A DNA stretch of 64,000 bases from a virus. Made by a program: the position numbers and the translations under genes. The notes under the pieces are model-generated. The model worked only from the letters and a program-made list of their open reading frames with translations. It ran no database searches and was not told the DNA's origin. Shown one piece after another: positions 56,546-64,000 of the stretch. Location of the stretch: the IMG/VR virus record IMGVR_UViG_3300033821_000019, positions 14,381 to 78,380 of that record; one strand, given 5' to 3'. How positions within the stretch are numbered: the first letter of the stretch is position 1; each line of letters starts with the position of its first letter.

Positions 56546-57594
56546 TTTATTTTCTCCTCAAAAGCAACAAAAAATTCCTGCCTGTTCTCGTTCCAGTCTT
56601 TCTCACAAAACCTCAACACATTATATCCCAATAAGGCTAAATCGTTGGTTTTTCTTTCATCATCTTGCCAAATTTCTTTTGCAAAACGCTTCAATTTTGG
56701 ATGTAAATAATCTGCCGAATAAACACGCGGGTCACAATGCCACCACGTTCCGTCAAACTCTACAGCTATTTTGTCACACAAAACAGCATCAATGAAGTAT
56801 TTATGGCCTTCACGAAACACACATTTTTCCTCTTCAAATGGATATTCAAAAAATCTTTCTCTCAAGAATTTTACAACGCTTAGATGAAAATGGCTTTTTC
56901 TTTTAGCGACTCCTTTTGCCGCACAAACTTCGGAACAATATTTTCTATTCTCATATTTTTGAGCGGAAAAAGGCTTCTTACACGTTGGGCATATCAAAAA
57001 ATCTCGACGATAATTATTATAACACTCAGTTGAACAGAATTTACACGTTTTAGCTCTGAATCTAAATACCCACATCAGTTTGCCACAATAAAGGCAACCA
57101 ACATGTTTCCCTTTATTATGTCCCACTGCATAATCTTTGTTCCCTTTTCTAAATTTGCTAAAGCATAACCTAGAGCAGAACACCGTTTTTTGGTAATTTA
57201 TTTTTTCAAATTCTTTACCGCACTGCTTACATTTTACTTTTTTTCTATTTTTAAGAGGGTTCCCATGTAGCTCAACATACTTCATTTTGCATTTTAACGA
57301 ACAAAATTTTGCAAGTGTACGGCATCTGTCTACATAAAAATCTTTATGGCACATTAGACATGTTTTGGCTGTTCTGTGATACTCTTTTTTGCAGCCAGCC
57401 GAACAAAAATTTGCATTTTTTCTTGACGGAATAACATAAAAATCATTATGACACATCAAGCATTTCTTAACTGTACCAGTCTTACGAACTTTTTGTTCTT
57501 TATAATGCGAACCATAACATTTGCGGCTACAGTATATACTTACATTTTTATTGCTTCCTATAATTTCCTTATGGCAATATATACATTTTTTCAT
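56518..57594 (-). CDS. Vsr-like (PD-(D/E)xK) homing endonuclease with tandem CxxC...FCSxxC repeats
   Basis: six Zn-ribbon repeats; IAVEFDGTWWH...DERK...GYNVLRFCE. Confidence 0.8.
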   Translation of the reverse strand: MKKCIYCHKEIIGSNKNVSIYCSRKCYGSHYKEQKVRKTGTVKKCLMCHNDFYVIPSRKNANFCSAGCKKEYHRTAKTCLMCHKDFYVDRCRTLAKFCSLKCKMKYVELHGNPLKNRKKVKCKQCGKEFEKINYQKTVFCSRLCFSKFRKGNKDYAVGHNKGKHVGCLYCGKLMWVFRFRAKTCKFCSTECYNNYRRDFLICPTCKKPFSAQKYENRKYCSEVCAAKGVAKRKSHFHLSVVKFLRERFFEYPFEEEKCVFREGHKYFIDAVLCDKIAVEFDGTWWHCDPRVYSADYLHPKLKRFAKEIWQDDERKTNDLALLGYNVLRFCEKDWNENRQEFFVAFEEKIKCALQELKT

Positions 57595-57670
57595 ACGTAT
57601 CTCCAGTATTAGTATTCCACCTACTAATATAGAGATATAAAATTATTATGACACTTACTTTGGAATGGAG

Positions 57671-58204
57671 TTAGATATTCAGAACTTCATCTTCTAACGT
57701 CAACTCACAAGCTTTAACCCAACCTCTCTTGGTAAAAAGTTCTTTGTTCTTTGGTATTTCAACCATTCCCGAATCAGTCGTAATTTTCAACAACTCTAAG
57801 TCATTTACCATCCAACAATCTGATACCACATCTTCTTCTACTTTATTTGTTTCCTCATTATAAGATAAAATTATACTCTTGTTTTTATCGGCAAAAATAT
57901 CTTCTACATTTCTAGTTCCATCAATTGTACTTATTTTCGTCCCTTTTGGAACACAATCTACAGTACCGGGACTGTTTAAAACGGTTACGCCCATTTTCAA
58001 AGCCATACCACTACGTGGGCATACCCAACAAACATAGCCTTGTGGCAATTCGATTTTTAGACCTATCGAAAATGCACCTCTTTTACCAGAAAGCAAACTG
58101 CCTTCTTCCACTGAATAAACGTCATAGCCATTTGAACCGGCTTCAGCTTTAGTGGGCAGTTTGGCGTCTGGATGAACCTTGACAACTTTTACATCAATAG
58201 CCAT
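57671..58204 (-). CDS. dut: dUTPase N-terminal half fused to split intein N-fragment (94 aa)
   Basis: GSNGYD, PRSG, NSPGTVD|CVPKGTKI...RGWVKACEL stop. Confidence 0.9.
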   Translation of the reverse strand: MAIDVKVVKVHPDAKLPTKAEAGSNGYDVYSVEEGSLLSGKRGAFSIGLKIELPQGYVCWVCPRSGMALKMGVTVLNSPGTVDCVPKGTKISTIDGTRNVEDIFADKNKSIILSYNEETNKVEEDVVSDCWMVNDLELLKITTDSGMVEIPKNKELFTKRGWVKACELTLEDEVLNI

Positions 58205-58262
58205 GAACAAATCTCCTCAAAGAAAGAGTCAAAAACACTTACTTACATTATACGCGAGAGGC

Positions 58263-58673
58263 TTATTGTATTTTGAATAAACGGTTGTTAGAACAAGTCT
58301 TTTTAGGAAGGTTGAAACTGAGCAGATAAGTATTGATGGCCTCTGACACAACAGGCTCTATGTTTTTCTGTTCATCGTCTTTGCTGATAAGCACAACAGC
58401 CACATTAATCCATATCAAGGTCTGTTTATTGTTTTCGTCGTTGAAGAAGCTTACCATATCCACATTGATATTATCTATCTGCCAAATACCGATTCGCTGT
58501 TTCAATTTCAGGCCGATTTTTTCAAGATAGTCCTTGAACTTTTGACAGAAAGCCTCTCTGTCTACAAGTTCCGCATACTGATATACCAATCTAGCCCTGC
58601 AAACCTGTATGTCGGACATGTTTAGCCCTTGTTCCATCGGCTCACACCTATCCCTAATTTTGGCAAAAATCAA
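58263..58673 (-). CDS. Hypothetical protein (start uncertain)
   Basis: ORF in operon. Confidence 0.5.
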   Translation of the reverse strand: MIFAKIRDRCEPMEQGLNMSDIQVCRARLVYQYAELVDREAFCQKFKDYLEKIGLKLKQRIGIWQIDNINVDMVSFFNDENNKQTLIWINVAVVLISKDDEQKNIEPVVSEAINTYLLSFNLPKKTCSNNRLFKIQ

Positions 58674-58677
58674 ATTA

Positions 58678-59235
58678 TTATGACTCTTGCACGTTGTTTA
58701 ACTCAAGATGTTTTGCTAGGAACAATGCTTCTGCTTCGCGGGGTCCAAGAGTAATGATAGGCTTATCCAACGGCTTTTCTTTGATGCTCCAATCAGACGG
58801 CGGCAGAGACATGAGATACTTCGCTTCTGTTACCAAGGCAATATTATCTGCCTTCTTCATTACATCATGCTTTAGCTCACTGTCAGTTATTTTGAAGTGT
58901 TCTAAAACAATTTTCTCAAGATTGCTTTCAATCATCTTATAGTTTGGCAAATAAGCCTTAACGGGTCTTGTAATGTCTGAAAGATAGGCTTCGCTGTCAT
59001 CATGATGCAAACCATAGAACTGAAACTCTCTATCATAGCCCAAGTCTTTAATAATGTCGGCCACAAAAACTGCGTGTTGAGCTACTGAGTAGAATGAAAG
59101 CGAATGCCCGTTAAATCTGCAAATGTTAGAAAGAGCATGGGCTATATCTTCAAGACAAATATCATCGGCTGTTGGCTCTAGTGGCCAGAACTTTCTTCCC
59201 GTGAATGTTTGTATCCAGTTGCTATTTCGTTCCAT
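58678..59235 (-). CDS. HD-domain phosphohydrolase (YfbR/YfdR-like)
   Basis: DIAHALSNICRFNGH, YSVAQH, LHHDDSEAYLSD, KKAD. Confidence 0.85.
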   Translation of the reverse strand: MERNSNWIQTFTGRKFWPLEPTADDICLEDIAHALSNICRFNGHSLSFYSVAQHAVFVADIIKDLGYDREFQFYGLHHDDSEAYLSDITRPVKAYLPNYKMIESNLEKIVLEHFKITDSELKHDVMKKADNIALVTEAKYLMSLPPSDWSIKEKPLDKPIITLGPREAEALFLAKHLELNNVQES

Positions 59236-59288
59236 TTTCTTTGATACCTTTGAGAGAATTAGACGATACACAAACAGGAGAACAGAAC

Positions 59289-59546
59289 ATGATACGACGA
59301 TGTGTTGGCTGCGGGTATTGCTGCCGGAAAGCACCATGCACATTGGCTATATTTACTTTTGGGTTCATCACAAAATGCCCCGCCCTTATTTGGGACGTTA
59401 AGAAAAAGCGTTATTGGTGCGAACTTTGTAAGCGCGGCAAACAAGCCAAACAAAACCGTGGACGACTTGCCATCGGTGAAGGCTGTTGTTGCTCGCTCAA
59501 TACAGACCGCTTAAAAATACCACCACCGGATTCATTCGTTCAATAG
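59289..59546 (+). CDS. CxxCxxCC (YkgJ-like) Fe-S/Zn cluster protein
   Basis: CVGCGYCC...CPAL...C; CAGGAG RBS. Confidence 0.65.
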   Translation: MIRRCVGCGYCCRKAPCTLAIFTFGFITKCPALIWDVKKKRYWCELCKRGKQAKQNRGRLAIGEGCCCSLNTDRLKIPPPDSFVQ

Positions 59547-59819
59547 TTCCTTGCAAGTCTTGTCCTCATTCACATTTACATTTGGCGCGATGTACGGCAA
59601 AGCGTTCACCCACTCATTCGGTACAGATTCTAGGAAAACGCGCTCACCTTTGATTGTAGGAAGTAGTGGACCGGCCATTTGATTCTGTAATTCCTCCACG
59701 GCATTAGTTTTGGCCGTTTCAACAGCATCACTTTCTTTGTTGGCAATAACCACCATTTGATAGGTGACCTTTACCAAAAAAGCTCTAACTTCTTTCCGCG
59801 TGTTCTCTTGTTCAGACAT
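59532..59819 (-). CDS. Hypothetical protein
   Basis: 95-aa ORF. Confidence 0.55.
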   Translation of the reverse strand: MSEQENTRKEVRAFLVKVTYQMVVIANKESDAVETAKTNAVEELQNQMAGPLLPTIKGERVFLESVPNEWVNALPYIAPNVNVNEDKTCKELLNE

Positions 59820-59896
59820 AAATCAATCTCCTTCCAAGTGCCATTCTACACCGGGAAGGAGATTGTTTTTTGGAACTTTTGAAAAATCCGCTCTTT

Positions 59897-60088
59897 TTAT
59901 TCGTCCAAGTCCGCTTCGATTTCCTTGCCCCACTGCTTGAAATACTTCTCGTAGTTTTTCATGATATCCAGACAATCCTCTTTCGTCAAAGGAACGTCTG
60001 CAAGCGCAATCACATTGTTCAGCGCAAACATATTCGTCTTGCCGCTGTGCTGGACCTTCACAAATGCCGTGAACTTTTGCTTTGTCAT
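59897..60088 (-). CDS. Small hypothetical phage protein
   Basis: VQHSGKTNMF...IMKNYE; AAGGA RBS. Confidence 0.6.
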   Translation of the reverse strand: MTKQKFTAFVKVQHSGKTNMFALNNVIALADVPLTKEDCLDIMKNYEKYFKQWGKEIEADLDE

Positions 60089-60639
60089 CGTTTAATCCTT
60101 CCACATTTCCTTTTGAGAAGACAAACGTACTCCCGCCTTACATTGCGGATAGTCGCCAAACCTCTTTCCAACCAAAGGCGATTCAGCAAGCACCCTGTAA
60201 TACCGGCCTGAGTGTATTGAAACGAAATCACCTTCAAGAACAACGTCATCAGGCTCCAAATCTTTTACGATTTGAAGCCCGACAAACTCCGCTTTCTTTT
60301 CCAATTCTTCGCGGGTTAGAGGCAAGCTAATCATGTTAGTCTTCCCACTTTCCTTTGACCGGCAACTCAAAAACCTTGGCCAGATAGTCCTCATCCTCTG
60401 GAAGCGTACCAATCCGAAGCGTACTGGAATAGGTTTCTTCCATGCGGACTCTATCAGCCCAAACGCTGAAAGTGCCAGCCGAAACCGGAGTCTCGCCTTC
60501 CTCAACAAGCTGACAATGTTGATTCATGTGGCTTGTAAAACGGTAGATGATTTTGCCGTCCTTCTCGACACGCACGAATTTGTACATGTATTTCGCGGCT
60601 TTCATCTCTGCAATGGTAGGCTGGCTAATGAAAATCATT

Positions 60640-60981
60640 TTAGTAGTCATCCTCTCCCCATGCTTCACCGGCATCCATCGGGTCAAAATCACTTGGCGGG
60701 CAAATCGGCACTGTAGCTCTGGAAATCGGAACACCCTCATCAACGCGAACATCCGGGTATTCCTTGCGCGCCTGTTCCATTGAATCAAAAGCTTCAAGTC
60801 TCACATTGCGCTCTTGACCGGCCAGAACAGAACCTTCCTCATACTCACCAAATCCCCAAAGCCACACGTCACCATTGGCTTCCTGAATGAGTGCAAAATC
60901 ATCCAGTTTCGGGTATTCGCGCTTCACTTCTTTCAGAGTCTTTGCCACAGTACCAATCTCCTCTACTACATGTATCGTCAA
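60640..60981 (-). CDS. Acidic hypothetical protein (start uncertain)
   Basis: ends FDPMDAGEAWGEDDY. Confidence 0.55.
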   Translation of the reverse strand: MTIHVVEEIGTVAKTLKEVKREYPKLDDFALIQEANGDVWLWGFGEYEEGSVLAGQERNVRLEAFDSMEQARKEYPDVRVDEGVPISRATVPICPPSDFDPMDAGEAWGEDDY

Positions 60982-61027
60982 AAAGGCTCAAAAATTATAA
61001 TGCAAAATTTATATTCTTCAATCCCAA

Positions 61028-61390
61028 CTACTCACGCATAGCCTTATCAACAGCTTTGTGAATCCGAACATGAAGAAATAGCATTCGTAAATCGCATTTT
61101 TCACCAGCTTTTCTCATTTCTTCTAATGATTGCAGCACCAATTCTTTATCTGGAACATCATCCCATTTTGCTATTTCACCTTTTGCTCTTTTGTACTCAG
61201 CGTCTTTGATATAACAGTGAAGTGATATGCCAAGAATTACAATCAAGACAAGGATGCCAAGTGCCCAAAAATACGGTTTGTTGTCTTTGTTCTCGTATGT
61301 TTTGTACATATTACAATCTCCTTGTTTCATTCTTCCCTTTTTCAAATGACCGCGTTGAAATAAGCCAGTCCCATTATTATGTATCGTCAA
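61028..61390 (-). CDS. Single-TM hypothetical protein (true start probably MYKTY)
   Basis: FWALGILVLIVILGISL. Confidence 0.5.
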   Translation of the reverse strand: MTIHNNGTGLFQRGHLKKGRMKQGDCNMYKTYENKDNKPYFWALGILVLIVILGISLHCYIKDAEYKRAKGEIAKWDDVPDKELVLQSLEEMRKAGEKCDLRMLFLHVRIHKAVDKAMRE

Positions 61391-61413
61391 AAGCGCCCGA
61401 TTTTATCAACCTT

Positions 61414-61959
61414 TCAAGAAATCAGGTCACTTATGGAACATTTAGGTATTCCGTTGAAAGCCATCAAAAGGTAAACTAAATCCTGTAAGTCGTTATGCTT
61501 CTCTGACTTAACTGTTTCGCCATTCAGATTGCAGGTTGTTAACACCAAATCCTGAGAAACCGTGGTGCAAGTCAAGCGCGCCGTATCAGTTACAGGCACC
61601 CATTCAACACCATTGAAAAATTCGATGTATTTTGGAGCTATCTTGCGAGTGGCGTAGTAATCCTCTTTACTCTTGCCGTCTTTGATGAATGGAACAACGT
61701 CGTCTTTGACCCGTAGAAGGCACGTGGTGGGCACTGTAGGCTTCTTATCCCGCATTTCGTCCAAGAACCGCAGTATGCCGTAAAAGAACGCTGCTTTGAG
61801 GCTCTTTGAAACGAAGACCTTGCGCATGGAAAACTTGCCTAGCTCGTCTTCATTCGTTACGCTTGTTCTCATTCCATGCCAAAAGGGATTCTTGGAAGGC
61901 TTCAGACCTTCCTTGGCAATGGCTGCAAGATTCGTACTAGGCGTGGAATGGTAGTACAT
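61414..61959 (-). CDS. ADP-ribosyltransferase-fold / Tpt1(KptA)-like protein
   Basis: YYHST...IAKEGLKP, VFVS, LLRV, IAPKYI pattern. Confidence 0.55.
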   Translation of the reverse strand: MYYHSTPSTNLAAIAKEGLKPSKNPFWHGMRTSVTNEDELGKFSMRKVFVSKSLKAAFFYGILRFLDEMRDKKPTVPTTCLLRVKDDVVPFIKDGKSKEDYYATRKIAPKYIEFFNGVEWVPVTDTARLTCTTVSQDLVLTTCNLNGETVKSEKHNDLQDLVYLLMAFNGIPKCSISDLIS

Positions 61960-62045
61960 CTACAAATCCCTCCACCTTTATATCGTCAAAAGTGGCAGAA
62001 TTTATCAAGAAAAGCAAGCCAAAGCAACTTGTTATTACAAGCTGT

Positions 62046-62909
62046 TTAGCGCCTCTTGCTTTTCTGCGCGGGCTTCTTTGTAGCCTTCTTTTTAGCCTTT
62101 CCTGTAACACAATGAGAAACTTTTTTGACCTGTTGACTGAAATAGCTACAATTACGCCCACCATCGAATATAACGCCAACCACGTCATCGTTAAGTGTGC
62201 TTTCGCTTATCTTGATAATAGTGCCTATACAACCATACGCCGAATCGTCAGCCTTTGTAATCTTCACTCTGTCATTGAACTTAATGATGTTGCCAGCCGA
62301 ATCCCTGACATCCTTTTTGGCAGACTTCACAACTTCATCATTGAACTTGATGATATCATTGTTGGCAGGTATGAGGACTTCCAATTCATTGCCTTGAAAC
62401 CTGCGCGGGAATCGTTCTTCGCTATAATGTACATTCACCATTCCGCAGTCAACTGATTCTACAACAGCACTCTGAGTCTTGAACATTTCTTCATCATCTG
62501 GTTCTACTTTAGCCATCCTAACCTTGTCACCAACTTTGATTTCCATTCCGTGTGCATCCCTGACTGCTACTGGTTCCTTTACAGCTTCGGGCTTCTTGTC
62601 AAACATTCCCTTGCTCTTGAAATGCTTCCATACTTTGACAAAGGCAACTAGCTCTTCAACATTGACTGCCGTAAAGATTTGTTCGTGTTCTTCTTTACGC
62701 CATACTTCAATGCACTCTGTTGGCAAACCAATCTCTGTGCTGAGCGTCTGGATGAGATAAAAACCAGCGCCTTCCAAGTATTGCTTCGCTTTGGCATAGT
62801 CATTAACAGTTTTAAGAGAAGCATCAATTTGTCTCATGCCGTAGGGATTCATCGCACCAAAACCTCCAAAATGGACACCGGGGCACTGCATTCCACTATG
62901 AGCGAACAT
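62046..62909 (-). CDS. Hypothetical protein with two KOW/SH3-like (D..G..IK..D.V) repeats
   Basis: RDAHGMEIKVGDKV and RDSAGNIIKFNDRV. Confidence 0.55.
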   Translation of the reverse strand: MFAHSGMQCPGVHFGGFGAMNPYGMRQIDASLKTVNDYAKAKQYLEGAGFYLIQTLSTEIGLPTECIEVWRKEEHEQIFTAVNVEELVAFVKVWKHFKSKGMFDKKPEAVKEPVAVRDAHGMEIKVGDKVRMAKVEPDDEEMFKTQSAVVESVDCGMVNVHYSEERFPRRFQGNELEVLIPANNDIIKFNDEVVKSAKKDVRDSAGNIIKFNDRVKITKADDSAYGCIGTIIKISESTLNDDVVGVIFDGGRNCSYFSQQVKKVSHCVTGKAKKKATKKPAQKSKRR

Positions 62910-63007
62910 TTGTACATCCTTTCGACAAAAAGACCATTCTCAATACCAAACCCTACGGTCTGTATCGTACAAAGTCTTTTGCTTTATCAAGAAAAATTTT
63001 GGATTTT

Positions 63008-63271
63008 TCAGGACAAAATTGACGTTCTATTTTTGATGAACAATTCGCCTGTTTCTTCGGCCACGACATTACCCACGCTTTTTTCTGCCATTCCAACAAG
63101 CATACCATAGCGGTTGAAAGGGCGCTCTATAAGCCCAAAAGCAGGGTCATTAGCAATTTCCAACCAGTATACGTTGTCTTTGGGGTGACTTTTTATACAA
63201 ACACAATTCTGGCCGGTAGACAACCTATAATAGCCGCCTTGTTTAAGGGTTCGTAATGTATTATTGTCCAT
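63008..63271 (-). CDS. Hypothetical protein
   Basis: 87-aa ORF. Confidence 0.5.
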   Translation of the reverse strand: MDNNTLRTLKQGGYYRLSTGQNCVCIKSHPKDNVYWLEIANDPAFGLIERPFNRYGMLVGMAEKSVGNVVAEETGELFIKNRTSILS

Positions 63272-63516
63272 TAGAAAACCTATTTTTTGCTATGCGTTTG
63301 CAAAATTGACACATGCCACATTTCGGGCAAACCTTATCGAAATTGGTATGTTGGTATCCGCAAGAAAAACATGTGATTGAAACTGCTGGCGCGGCTCCAT
63401 TAGCCATACCGCCACAACCATTGTAAGGACAGTAAGGTTTTCGCTTCGCTCCCATAACATCTAAGTATACAAAGAAACCAGCTAGATTTCACAAAGAAAC
63501 TTGGGGCAGTAGTATA

Positions 63517-63825
63517 ATGCTGGTATGGAGAACAATCAGAATGATACCCTTTAACGCCGGAATCTATTTGCTAGAATTGGGCGAAAAATTAGAAGCATAT
63601 TCAAGGGAAATCGAACAAGTATTAAATCTACAACAAGGAAGCATCCGGCTCTCACTACACGATTTTCAATCACTAGGCTATCTTGAATGTCAACGAGTGC
63701 TAAAAGAATTGAACGACACTATTCAATGGGTTAAAGAAAATCCATCAGAAATTCCTGTTCTATGTAAACTGGTCAACAATCAAAAGTGTGCGTCGTCTGG
63801 AACTAAAACATCTTCAAAAGTGTAG
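63517..63825 (+). CDS. Hypothetical protein
   Basis: TATAAT upstream and GGAG RBS before ATG 63541. Confidence 0.45.
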   Translation: MLVWRTIRMIPFNAGIYLLELGEKLEAYSREIEQVLNLQQGSIRLSLHDFQSLGYLECQRVLKELNDTIQWVKENPSEIPVLCKLVNNQKCASSGTKTSSKV

Positions 63826-64000
63826 CCACAGTTTTTGCATTTATAGACGCCGTACTGCTCGCCATATTCCCAATCTTCTTTGATTTGCTGCAAGACTGAT
63901 TCAAAATGATGAACACGCCTACCTATTGTCGGGTTCCAAAGATGATTTTTGGTACACAGAAAATTACTTTTTTGTCTGGCAATGATAATTGCTGGAAGAA

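Noticed and set aside
56546-57670. Group I intron interrupting a contiguous intein in dut
   Set aside because: The space is almost entirely the endonuclease ORF, no P7-type core was seen, and the C-half has its own GAGGAG RBS and ATG, which fits a split intein.
1-64000. Alternative genetic code (TAG/TGA recoding)
   Set aside because: Genes are full length under code 11 and TAG/TGA stops abut the next gene's start.

Overview
A 64-kb segment of a large (jumbo-type) tailed dsDNA phage genome, standard code 11, almost all genes on the minus strand. Bases 1-19 kb are a head/packaging block: portal, intein-containing terminase large subunit, a type IB topoisomerase-like protein, an Ntn hydrolase and several probable internal virion proteins. 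Bases 19-37 kb are regulatory and host-takeover genes: a NusG paralog, a sigma-region-4-like protein, a vWA/metallopeptidase, a PAS histidine kinase-holin-like-receiver operon, Ro60/TROVE with two upstream Y-RNA-like hairpins, and a metallophosphoesterase. Bases 38-64 kb are accessory. They hold a tmRNA interrupted by a group I intron, a ~540-nt orphan structured ncRNA, ADP-ribose writer/eraser candidates, and a dUTPase fractured by a split intein with an endonuclease gene between the halves. The strongest candidate for an undescribed system is a set of 14 small genes that all begin MKxRxGF(V/I)SNSS(S/T)xxF. They are arranged around a radical SAM/SPASM enzyme, and all of these units share one upstream promoter motif. 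A second shared N-terminal tag (A-x-EL-x-K-x-A) marks probable capsid cargo. All calls were made by reading motifs by eye; no searches were run.
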